In this document: positions 10,484 through 19,600 of the stretch, piece by piece
Numbering within the stretch: the stretch's first letter is position 1
Layout of the letters: each line of letters starts with the position of its first letter
Assembly (NCBI GenBank): GCA_964474635.1
Contig: CAYYTT010000005.1
Location: forward strand, 1 to 52,817
Length of the DNA: 52,817 nucleotides
Source: an uncultured Alphaproteobacteria bacterium
GTDB lineage: Bacteria; Pseudomonadota; Alphaproteobacteria; JAJFIK01
Reading direction: 5' to 3'
Notes under the pieces: model-generated
Seen by the model: only the letters and a program-made list of their open reading frames with translations
What the model was told of the DNA's origin: nothing
Databases searched by the model: none
Program-made: the position numbers and the translations under genes

Positions 10484-10564
10484 GGATCAACTTATCCAGA
10501 CATTTGAAGGGCTTATCCATTGCCTCACCTCGACCTGTCGGGCTTCAAATGTCTGGGTCGATCC
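10484..10564. repeat. Long imperfect inverted repeat (14-bp perfect core CCAGACATTTGAAG / CTTCAAATGTCTGG, outer GGATC/GATCC) with a 33-nt loop, in a low-GC spacer
   Basis: Read directly: 10496-10509 pairs with 10543-10556, and the outer arms 10484-10488 with 10560-10564. CCACTAG occurs on both sides (10464-10470, 10563-10569). Confidence 0.8.
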
Positions 10565-10565
10565 A

Positions 10566-10622
10566 CTAGAGCCGCTTCCGTTCAAACGGACCCGGCTCTT
10601 TGTGTTATTTCGCTCGCGCGCC
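10566..10622 (+). repeat. Dispersed terminator-like element, copy A (CTAGAGCCGCTTCCGTTCAAACGGACCCGGCTCTTTGTGTTATTTCGCTCGCGCGCC)
   Basis: About 85% identical over 57 nt to 38384-38440. It can fold as GAGCCG/CGGCTC plus CCG/CGG around the loop TTCAAA, followed by a T-rich run. Confidence 0.75.
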
Positions 10623-10853
10623 GCCATCGAGGAGCGCCCCGAAAGATGCGACAGGGGCGCGTGAGCACAACACAAACAGTGCAACGGCAAGCTGGACGCA
10701 GGTTGATCTGACTTTCTCGCCCGCTGCTAGCGTTGGCCCGATCAAGACGGATGGGTGCTGGACCCGTGCCTGGCGTCGTATCGGCCATCGCTTTAAGGTG
10801 TAGGTGCACGGAGCCGTCCATGGCCCGGGTTACCCTTGCGCGAGGACCGCACC

Positions 10854-11450
10854 ATGCCCCAGCCCCACCTTGAGTTCTGGTTCGAATTCGCCAGCACATA
10901 TTCTTATGTGGCCGCCTCCCGTGTGCCTCGCCTCGCCGGCGCGGCGGGCGTGCCCGTGGTGTACCGTCCGTTTCTGCTCGGTCCGGTCTTTGGGGCCCAG
11001 GGCCTCACGGACTCGCCCTTCAATGTTTATCCCGTGAAGGGCGCCTATATGTGGCGTGACATGGAGCGTCTGTGTGCGGATGAGGGGCTTGCCATGCGTC
11101 GCCCATCCGTCTTTCCGCGCAATGGCCTGCTTGGCGCGCGGGCGGCCATTGCGGTCGGCCGGGAACCCTGGCTGCCGGACTTCGTTCTGGGTGTCTACAC
11201 GGCCAATTTTGCTGAAGACTTGGAGATTTCTAAGCCGGAGATCGTGGCGCGCGTCCTGCGGGGGCTTGGCCAAGACCCTGAGCCCGTGCTGGCGCGCACC
11301 CAAGACCAGGACGTCAAAGACACCTTGCGTGCCAACACCGATGAGGCCATGGCCAAGGGGATCTTCGGCGCACCAACCTTCACCGTCGGGACGGAAGTGT
11401 TCTGGGGCAACGACCGGTTGGACCATGCCCTGGCCTGGGCCGCGCGTTAA
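10854..11450 (+). CDS. 2-hydroxychromene-2-carboxylate isomerase family protein (DsbA-like thioredoxin fold)
   Basis: ATG at 10854 follows GAGGA. The N-terminus LEFWFEFASTYSYVA and the C-terminus ...GIFGAPTFTVGTEVFWGNDRL are typical of the HCCA isomerase/DsbA family. Confidence 0.8.
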   Translation: MPQPHLEFWFEFASTYSYVAASRVPRLAGAAGVPVVYRPFLLGPVFGAQGLTDSPFNVYPVKGAYMWRDMERLCADEGLAMRRPSVFPRNGLLGARAAIAVGREPWLPDFVLGVYTANFAEDLEISKPEIVARVLRGLGQDPEPVLARTQDQDVKDTLRANTDEAMAKGIFGAPTFTVGTEVFWGNDRLDHALAWAAR

Positions 11451-12760
11451 GCCGCGCCGCGACTGGCGGCACGCCGCACGGCGTCCTCGGCCGTCGCAAT
11501 AAAGACCTCGCGTTGGGCATGGCTGCCGCCCAGGGGCGAGAAGTCCTCCTGGAGGGGAGCAAGGTGCTCCGCCGCCACCTCGAACTGGCCAAGTCCGTGG
11601 GCGGCAAGCCCGCGTGCGGTCGGCACGGCCACGTCGCGCCACAGGCGGCGGCACCGGTAATCCGGCCGCGCGTCCACCGTCCGCGCCATGGACGCAATGA
11701 AACGCGCCGCATCCGCGTCGTGTCCCGCGCGGGCGAGCGCGTAGACATAGTGGAGATCGAGGAAGGGCAGCACATGCTCCCGGGGCCGGCTGCGGACTGT
11801 CTCCAGGATTGGAGCCCAGCGTTCGCCCACATCGGCGCCGCCCAGTTCAAGGCGCCAAAGCGCGGAAATCGCCCCCACCAGTTCCTGGGAAAAGCCGGGC
11901 GACACGCCCCAAAGGCGCCGGTCATAGATGTCGAGCGCGCCCGCCATATCGCCAAGATGCATGTGGAAGAGGGCCGTGTGCCACCAATTGTGCAGGCGGA
12001 TGAACTTTCCCATGCCGCCCCAGTGGCGCGACTGTGCCTGCATAAACGCCAGGCCACGCTCCGCCGCGCCCGCCGTCTCGTGGATATGGGCAAGTGCGTG
12101 GTGCGTCCAGCCGTCGCTGGGAAGGGCCGCGAGGGCCCGCTCGGCGGCCTCGATGGCCTCCTCCGGGCGATGGTCCTGTTCAAGACCGAAGGCCTCCATG
12201 CCATGCACGTAAGGGGCGTCCGGATAGGTGGCCGCCGTGTCCTGCGCCAGGGCCAGCAGGGCGTGCCGGTCGCCCAGATTGAAGGCGTGGTACTGGCCCC
12301 ATTTCGCCGCGATCACATCGCTCGGCCAGCGCTTGATAAGGGCAAGGCTTTCGCTCAAGGCCCGGCGGTAGTCCTGGCGGTGCCAGGCCTCCACGAGGCG
12401 CAAAAAGGCTCGGTCTCGGGCGCTCGCCCGGCCGAGGCTGCGGCGCGCCTGCGCCAGGTAGATGGCGGCCGCATCGAAGCCTTCCCGGCTTTCGGCGGCC
12501 ATGTGTACGGCCGCCGCATGGGCCTGGGCACCCGGGCAGTCCGGATCCTCGTCGGCGGCCTCGATGATTGCCGGCAAGGTGCAGTCATAGCCTAAAAAGC
12601 CGAGCGCATAGCGTTCAAAGGCCGCCTCCGTCCGGCCCGTCGCCGCACTGAGGGAGAAGTCGAAGGGGTGGGGGGGCAACTGGCTGGGAGGCATGGGGGT
12701 GGTGGGCAAGGGGTTGGGAGCCTGGGACGAAAGGTCGATGGCGGTCGCGCTGGCGGTCAT
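11447..12760 (-). CDS. TTC38-like tetratricopeptide-repeat protein
   Basis: ...RWPSDVIAAKWGQYHAFNLGD...GWTHHALAHIHE...HNWWHTALFHMHLGD...LDIYD... matches the TTC38 family pattern as I remember it. The start was chosen at ATG 12760 with AAGGAG 12 nt upstream; the ORF-track TTG at 12784 is less likely. Confidence 0.6.
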   Translation of the reverse strand: MTASATAIDLSSQAPNPLPTTPMPPSQLPPHPFDFSLSAATGRTEAAFERYALGFLGYDCTLPAIIEAADEDPDCPGAQAHAAAVHMAAESREGFDAAAIYLAQARRSLGRASARDRAFLRLVEAWHRQDYRRALSESLALIKRWPSDVIAAKWGQYHAFNLGDRHALLALAQDTAATYPDAPYVHGMEAFGLEQDHRPEEAIEAAERALAALPSDGWTHHALAHIHETAGAAERGLAFMQAQSRHWGGMGKFIRLHNWWHTALFHMHLGDMAGALDIYDRRLWGVSPGFSQELVGAISALWRLELGGADVGERWAPILETVRSRPREHVLPFLDLHYVYALARAGHDADAARFIASMARTVDARPDYRCRRLWRDVAVPTARGLAAHGLGQFEVAAEHLAPLQEDFSPLGGSHAQREVFIATAEDAVRRAASRGAA

Positions 12761-12897
12761 GGGCGCCGGGTACTCCTTTGACAATCATAGGCACTTCCAT
12801 ATGGGACGATCTCCCACCCCCCGCACCTCGCCTCAGGCTGATCTGATCGGCGCGGTGTCCGCAGACAAAATCCCGTGAAGGCGAAGCCCTCCCAAGG

Positions 12898-12975
12898 GCA
12901 TTGGGTGGGGGCATTGGGTGGGGGCATCGGGTGGAGGCCTTGGGCGGGGCGTTGAGGCCTTGGGCGCGGCGTTGA
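12898..12975. repeat. Tandem repeat: 4 x 13 bp (GCATTGGGTGGGG-type), then 2 x ~20 bp (GCCTTGGGCGNGGCGTTGA)
   Basis: Read directly: gcattgggtgggg | gcattgggtgggg | gcatcgggtggag | gccttgggcgggg cgttgag | gccttgggcgcgg cgttga. The array sits in the divergent intergenic region between the TTC38-like gene and phoA. Confidence 0.85.
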
Positions 12976-13062
12976 TCTGGCGTAAACCGGTGGGGCGCGC
13001 GGGGGGTGATCGAGACCCATGGTCGCGCAAGGCGCAGGCCCGAACAAGAAAGGCAGGGACCG

Positions 13063-14712
13063 ATGTCTCACACGCAGGTCAGGACGGTTCGCGATGGCGC
13101 CGGCACAGCGGCGCAGACAATCATACCTGCGGCAACGGCCCTGTGCGCGGCAACGGCCCCGTGCGCGGCGATGGCCCTGTGCGCGGCGATGGCGCTGACA
13201 CTTGCCCCGCTGCGTGCGCACGCCGATGGTCCCGGGACGATCGTCCAGGCCGATAGCGCCTGGTTCAAGGACGCGCGGGCCGAACTGGAAGCGCGCCGGG
13301 CGCGCACGCCCATCGATCAAAGAGCGCGCAACGTAATCCTGTTCGTGGGCGACGGGATGGACGTGACGACGGTGACGGCGGCACGCATCCATGCGGGCCA
13401 AAAGGCCGGTAAACCGGGAGAGGAAGGCGCCCTGTCCTTCGAGACCTTTCCCCACCTGGCACTCTCGAAGACCTACACCACGAATGCGCAGACCCCGGAC
13501 AGTGCGGGCACGGCAACGGCCATGGTCACGGGCGTCAAGACGTCCCTGGGCGTCATTTCGGTCTCGGAACACGTGGCCTTCAACGACTGTGCGGCCGCCC
13601 AGGCCAACGAGCTGACCACCATTGCCGACCTGGCGGAAGCGGCCGGCATGGCCACGGGGATCGTCACGTCAACGCGCGTCACCCACGCGACCCCGGCGGT
13701 GCTCTATGCCCATTCGGCCAATCGCAATTGGGAAGACGATGCCGCCCTTCCCGAGGGCGTGCCCTGCAGGGATATTGCCGCGCAGTTGATCGAGGCCGGC
13801 CACGGCGATGGCATGGATGTGGTGCTGGGTGGTGGGCGTGCGAATTTTCTGCCCAAGGACATGGCGGACCCGGAATATCCCGATCGCACCGGCCGGCGCG
13901 CCGATGGGCGCAATCTTGCCGCCGAATGGCAGGCGAGCCGGCCCGGCGGGACCTATGTGTGGAACCGGGAGGGCTTTGAGGCCGTCGATTTCGCCACATC
14001 CGGACCGGTCCTGGGATTGTTTCAGCCAAGCCACATGAACTACGAAGCGGACCGGGCGCGCGATGCGGCGGGCGAGCCCTCCCTTGCGGACATGACAAAG
14101 GCCGCGATCACAGCCCTGTCCCGCGACACGGACGGCTTTTTCCTTCTTGTCGAGGGCGGGCGCATCGACCATGCCCACCATGCCGTGAACGCGGCGCGGG
14201 CCCTTGAAGACACCGTGATGTTCGCCGAGGCCGTCGCCATGGCCCAGGCCATGACGGATGAGCGCGAAACACTGATCATCGTGACGGCCGACCATGGCCA
14301 CCAGATGGTCATGCAGGGCTATGCTCAGCGCGGCAATCCGATCCTGGGCCTCCTGCGCAGTCTGAACAGGGCGGACGGCAGCGCGGCAGACGAGCCCGCA
14401 AAAGCCGCCGACGGCAAGCCTTACACGGTGCTCGCCTACGGAAACGGTCCGAGTTCACCCTATATGCCTGACGCAGAGACCCCCGCCGAGCCGGCCCCGC
14501 GCGCGGACCTGAGCGCGGCCGATCCGGCGGCCCTCAATTTTCAGCAGCCCTCCTTGGTGCCCCTGGGCTCGGAAACCCATGGCGGACAAGACGTGGCCAT
14601 TTACGCGCGCGGCCCGCGAGCCTTCCTGTTCGATGGCACCGTGGAGCAAAACTACATCTTCCATGTGATGGCCCACGCCCTCGAACTGCCCCGCGCCGGC
14701 GAGGCCGACTGA
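13063..14712 (+). CDS. phoA: Alkaline phosphatase (PhoA family), secreted
   Basis: FVGDGMDVTTVTAARI, the active-site motif TPDSAGTATAMVTGVKT (DSA..AT serine), VEGGRIDHAHH and IVTADHGH are all present. A signal-like N-terminus ends ...LAPLRAHA/DG. ATG at 13063 follows AGGCAGGGA. Confidence 0.85.
   Translation: MSHTQVRTVRDGAGTAAQTIIPAATALCAATAPCAAMALCAAMALTLAPLRAHADGPGTIVQADSAWFKDARAELEARRARTPIDQRARNVILFVGDGMDVTTVTAARIHAGQKAGKPGEEGALSFETFPHLALSKTYTTNAQTPDSAGTATAMVTGVKTSLGVISVSEHVAFNDCAAAQANELTTIADLAEAAGMATGIVTSTRVTHATPAVLYAHSANRNWEDDAALPEGVPCRDIAAQLIEAGHGDGMDVVLGGGRANFLPKDMADPEYPDRTGRRADGRNLAAEWQASRPGGTYVWNREGFEAVDFATSGPVLGLFQPSHMNYEADRARDAAGEPSLADMTKAAITALSRDTDGFFLLVEGGRIDHAHHAVNAARALEDTVMFAEAVAMAQAMTDERETLIIVTADHGHQMVMQGYAQRGNPILGLLRSLNRADGSAADEPAKAADGKPYTVLAYGNGPSSPYMPDAETPAEPAPRADLSAADPAALNFQQPSLVPLGSETHGGQDVAIYARGPRAFLFDGTVEQNYIFHVMAHALELPRAGEAD
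13129..13200 (+). repeat. In-frame 4 x 18-bp tandem repeat inside the phoA signal-peptide coding region
   Basis: gcggcaacggccctgtgc | gcggcaacggccccgtgc | gcggcgatggccctgtgc | gcggcgatggcgctgaca encodes AATALC-AATAPC-AAMALC-AAMALT. Confidence 0.85.
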
Positions 14713-14759
14713 CCCGGCGCCCGGCGGCACCCAACAGCACAAAAAAGGACACGTCAGCC

Positions 14760-15662
14760 ATGGCCACACTCGCATTTGTCGGTCTGGGGAACATGGGGCT
14801 GCCCATGGCGCTCAATCTGGTGAAGGCGGGCCATACGGTGCGCGCCTTTGACCTGAACGAGGCCGCGGTCGCCAAGGCGGTGGAGGGCGGCGCCGAAAAC
14901 GCCGCGTCCATAACGCACGCCGTCGATGGGGCCGCGGCGGTCGTCAGTATGCTGCCGGCGGGCCGGCATGTGGAAGCCGTTTATACGCAAGCGGACGGCC
15001 TGTTTGAGAGTGCCGCCCAGGGCACCCTGATGATCGACTGCTCCACCATCGATGTGGAAACCGCGCGGCGGGTGAATGCGGCCGCCCGCGACAAGGGCAT
15101 GGCCATGGTCGATGCGCCGGTGTCGGGCGGCATCATGGCGGCGGAGGCGGGCAGCCTCACCTTCATGGTCGGCGGTGCGCAGGACGCCTTTTCGCGCGCC
15201 CGGCCCCTGCTGGAGGCCATGGGCAAGACCATCGTGCATGCCGGGGACGCGGGCACCGGCCAGGCGGCCAAGATCTGCAACAACATGCTGCTTGGCATTT
15301 CCATGATCGGTGTTGCGGAGGCCTTCGTTCTGGCCGAGAAACTCGGGCTCGACTGGCAAAAGCTGTTCGACATCTCGTCCAAGGCCTCCGGGCAATGCTG
15401 GTCGCTCACGACCTATTGCCCCGTGCCCGGGCCCGTGCCCGGCGCGCCGTCCAACCGGGATTATGCCCCGGGTTTCGCCGCCGCCATGATGCTGAAGGAC
15501 CTCAAACTGGCGCAGGAAGCGGCCCAGTCCAGCGGTGCGACGACGCCCCTGGGGGCCCAGGCGGCCGGGCTCTACAGCCTCTTTGCATCAACGGGCGCCG
15601 CGCAGGAGGACTTTTCAGGTATCGTCAATTTCCTGCGTGGGGAGCGCATCGGGAAGCCTTGA
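14760..15662 (+). CDS. mmsB: 3-hydroxyisobutyrate dehydrogenase
   Basis: Rossmann N-terminus MATLAFVGLGNMGLPMALNLVKAGHTVRAFD, the catalytic-Lys region GTGQAAKICNNMLLGISM, and a length of 300 aa. Confidence 0.8.
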   Translation: MATLAFVGLGNMGLPMALNLVKAGHTVRAFDLNEAAVAKAVEGGAENAASITHAVDGAAAVVSMLPAGRHVEAVYTQADGLFESAAQGTLMIDCSTIDVETARRVNAAARDKGMAMVDAPVSGGIMAAEAGSLTFMVGGAQDAFSRARPLLEAMGKTIVHAGDAGTGQAAKICNNMLLGISMIGVAEAFVLAEKLGLDWQKLFDISSKASGQCWSLTTYCPVPGPVPGAPSNRDYAPGFAAAMMLKDLKLAQEAAQSSGATTPLGAQAAGLYSLFASTGAAQEDFSGIVNFLRGERIGKP

Positions 15663-15711
15663 GTTGGGTGCGGATGGTCTTGAACAGACCGGACGAAGGG
15701 GACGTGAAGCC

Positions 15712-16434
15712 ATGGGGCGGCACTTTGAAGGAAACCTGCACCGGCACGGGGTGCCGGCGGCCATTCTGGCGCTTGGCGCGGTTCTGCTCGCCGGATGCGC
15801 GAGCATGAACGAAGACGAATGCCGAACCGCGGACTGGACGCAGGTGGGCTACCTCGACGGGATTGACGGACGACCGGAACAGCGTTTCGCGGACCACCAG
15901 AAGGCATGTGCCAAACACGGCATTACCGCCGACCTCCAGGCCTATCGCCAGGGCCGAATCCGGGGCGTGCGCAGCTATTGCGTGCCGGAGACCGGCTTTC
16001 GCGAAGGGCTGGAGGGGGCGCGCTACGAGGGGGTGTGCCCGCCCGATCTGGCGGCGGACTTCCAGGCGGCCTATGAGGACGGCCGGCGGATTTATGACCT
16101 GCGCGAGGAGGTCGAGGCGATCAGCCGCCGGATGACACGCCTTGCCGACCGCGCCGAGGACATTGAGGACCGGGCGCGCGATATCGATGTGGCCCTCGCT
16201 GGGGACGGGCTCACGGCCGAGGAGCGGCGCGCCCTTGTTGAGGAAATGCGCGATCTGCGGGCGGAAATCGGCGACCTGGAGGGCGAGCGCGGCGAATTGC
16301 GGGCGGATCTGGACCGCGCGCGCCGGCGGCTCATTCGCGAAGAGGCCCTCATTTTGCCAGCGTATGGCTATTCGGCCGGTATACCCTCAGGAAGATATGG
16401 ACAAGATCCTTACGGGACGGAGCCATATCGATAG
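15712..16434 (+). CDS. DUF2799-family lipoprotein with coiled-coil C-terminal half
   Basis: Lipobox LLAGC, then ECRTADWTQVGYLDGIDGRP...C..HG...YRQGR..GV.SYC...G...G..G..YEGVCPP (the DUF2799 Cys pattern). ATG at 15712 follows AAGGGGA. The ORF-track start at 15535 overlaps mmsB and was rejected. Confidence 0.6.
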   Translation: MGRHFEGNLHRHGVPAAILALGAVLLAGCASMNEDECRTADWTQVGYLDGIDGRPEQRFADHQKACAKHGITADLQAYRQGRIRGVRSYCVPETGFREGLEGARYEGVCPPDLAADFQAAYEDGRRIYDLREEVEAISRRMTRLADRAEDIEDRARDIDVALAGDGLTAEERRALVEEMRDLRAEIGDLEGERGELRADLDRARRRLIREEALILPAYGYSAGIPSGRYGQDPYGTEPYR

Positions 16435-16622
16435 ATCCGTTCCACGCGACATTAAAAAGACTTCACATATAAAACCCGAGTGTTGCCGGAATTGCTGCAT
16501 AGCAGAACGCCCTGATGAGGGTATAAAAATGGCTGGGCGCTCGCCGGGGGGTGAACTGCCAGTCAATCGTCATTGAGACTGCTTTGATCGTTTGACCGTC
16601 ACAGTTTGAGGACGCATCAGCC

Positions 16623-19600
16623 ATGGCCAGCCCTGAGATCCGTTTTGAAGTGACCGAGACCTGGTCTAGCGGATTCAACGGAAAACTGTTCATCCGCAAC
16701 ATGGCCGACGTGACCATGGACCGCTGGACGGTGAGTTTTTCCGATCCCGGGTTGACCATCAAAACCGTTTGGGGCGCCAGCCTTGTGTCCTCTGCCGGCG
16801 GTACTTTGTCGTTCGAGGCCAAGGACTGGACCCTCGATCTGCAGCCGGATGAAGAAGGCTCCTTCGGGTTCACCGCGGATGGCGTTCCGCCCGCTTCGCT
16901 CGCCAATCTGACCTTCACGCCGTTCTATGCCGGCGGCGTCGATCCCACGGAACCGACTCCGGTTATCTCCATTGGCGATGCGGTGCGCAACGAGGAGGAC
17001 GGCAGCGTTACCGTGACGGCCTCCCTGTCCGCGCCGAGCACGCGGGACGTGAGCGCGACTTGGGAAACCCAGACCGGGACGGCGGGAAGCAACGATTTCG
17101 TGATGACGTCGGGCACCCTGACCATTCCGGCGGGCAGCACCAGCGCGGCCCTATCGGTGATGTTGCTTGACGATGCAAGGGTGGAGGCGGACGAAACCTT
17201 CTCCGTTGTGCTGACCGGCGCGACTTACGCGGATCTGGGCGACGCGACCGCGACCGTGACCATCCGGGATACGGACACGCCGGGCACGCAAGGCGCCATT
17301 TTGGACGGTACGGATGATCAACCGGAAGTCCGGTTCGAGGTCACGCAGACCTGGAATGGCGGCTTTAATGGAAAGATCTTTATCAAGAATACCACCGGTG
17401 AGACCATCGACCGTTGGACCGTCAGTTTCGACAATCCCGATCTCACCGTCACCACCGTTTGGGGCGCCGAGCTTGTTTCCTCGAATGCCCAGAAGCTGGT
17501 CTTTGAGGCAAGGGACTGGACCCTCGATCTGCAGGCGGGCGAGGAAGGCAATTTCGGCTTCACGGCCCGGGGCGTTCCGCCGTCGAGCTTGAACGATCTC
17601 GTCTTCCTCACCAATGTCACCGCCGACACGCCGGCGCCCGGCGATGCGGGCCAGCCGGAGCTTCGCTTTGAGGTGACGGACACCTGGACGGGCGGTTTCA
17701 ACGGCAAGATCTTCATCACCAACACGACCGGCAAAACCATCGACACATGGTCCGCCACATTCGACAATCCCGATTTGACCATTACGACCGTCTGGGGCGC
17801 GGAACTGATCCTGGCGACGCCGGAGACCTTCTACTTTGAAGGCCGTGACTGGACCCTCGATCTTCAGCCTGGAGAAGAAGCCAATTTCGGCTTCACGGCC
17901 CGTGGTACGCCGCCGAGCAATCTTACCGGCCTCAGTTTCGTCCCCGATTACGCGGGCGACGAGGGCACCGGGAGTGATGGGACGCCGCCCACCGTCAGCG
18001 TTTCGGATCGTTCCGTGAACGAAGAGGCGGGCACGGTGAGCGTCACCGTGGTCCTCTCCAAGATCAGCACGGACGATGTGACCGTCAACTGGACAACCAA
18101 TCTGGGCACCGCTGGCCCAACGGACTTCGTCCAGGACAGCGGCTCCCTGACGATCAAGGCCGGCATGCTGACCGGGACGATTTCCGTGGCGCTAACGGAC
18201 GATAATAATGCGGAACTCGATGAGACGTTCACGGTTTTACTAACCGAAGCGAGCGGAGCCACCCTGGGCGACGCCAAGGCAACCGTGACCATCCTCAATA
18301 GCGATACGGCACCGGGCGGCGGTGATGCGAGCCCGGAGAACATCCCGGAACTGAGTTTCGGCGTGACCCAGACCTGGTCCACGGGCTTCAATGCCCAGGT
18401 CGCAATCGAGAACGATACCGACCGGCTCGTCGAGACCTGGACTGTTCGCTTCGACAACCCGGGCCTGACGATCAAGGCGGTCTGGGGCGCCGACCTGATT
18501 TCCACCGCAAATGGCGAGTTTGTGTTCCAGTCCAAGGACTGGACCCTCGATGTGGATCCGGGTGAGACGGCGAGCTTTGGATTTACAGCCGATGGTACGC
18601 CCCCGGCATCCCTCTCCGGGCTGACCATCGAGCCGGTTTTCGAACCCGATCCGGGCCTCGCCGATCCTACGGGGCGCACCGTGCCGAGCGACGGTCCGTA
18701 TGCAAGCGATAACGGCAGTCCCTTCGACGGCGGCGATTATCAGGACGTCCTGGGCAAGTCCATGCTGTTCTACTACGCCCAGTATTCCGGCGATCTGCCC
18801 GACGATCATCCCGTGGCCTGGCGCAATGACTCCGCCCTGACCGATGGCGCGGATGTGGGCCGGGATCTGACCGGCGGGTGGTATGACGCCGGTGACCATG
18901 TGAAATTCGGGCTGCCCAGCGCCTACACCGCGACGATGCTTGCCTGGGGCGGGATTGCCTTCGAGGACGGCTATAAGACCTCCGGCAGCTACGGCGATCT
19001 TGTGAACCACCTTGAGTGGATTACGGATTATTTCCTGCGTGCTTACGATGACAAGGGTACGGCGGACCTCTCCGATGATGTCTTTTATGCCCAAGTCGGT
19101 GACGGCGCCCTCGACCATGCCTTCTGGGGCGCGCCGGAAGATATGACCATGGACCGGCCGACCTTTGCGATCACGGCCGATAATCCTGGGACGGAGGTCA
19201 CCGCCGAAACCGCGGCGGCCATGGCGGCAAGCTCCATCCTCCTGCGCGACGCGGGCCAGACAGCTTATGCGGATGAATTGCTCGCGGCGGCGCAAAAGCT
19301 CTACGCCTTCGCGGAGACCTATCAGGGGAACTACGCCGAGGCCATTCCGGAGGTGGAGGACTTTTATAACTCCTGGAGCGGATATTCCGACGAGTTGGCC
19401 TGGGGCGCGAACTGGCTCTACCAGGCCACGGGTGACACAAGCTATCTGGAAAAGTCCGAGGCCTACTATAACTCGCCGAGCTATAGCTGGACCATCAATT
19501 GGGACAACAAGTATCATGGCTTGTCCCAATTGCTGGCGATCCAGACCGGCGATTACGTCTACACCCGGGATGTCTGGTTGCACCTGAATACCTGGATGGA

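Noticed and set aside
11447-11450. Convergent HCCA-isomerase-like and TTC38-like genes share the palindrome TTAA for both stop codons, a 4-nt overlap.
   Set aside because: The overlap is real but trivial. It is common in compact genomes and has no further implied function.
12976-13062. Search for a Pho box (CTGTCAT-N4-CTGTCAT-like) upstream of phoA.
   Set aside because: No such direct repeat is visible between the tandem array and the start codon.
12898-13200. Tandem repeats near phoA considered as a possible CRISPR array.
   Set aside because: The units are 13-20 bp and directly abutting, with no unique spacers, and there are no cas genes in the window. One array is in frame inside a coding sequence.
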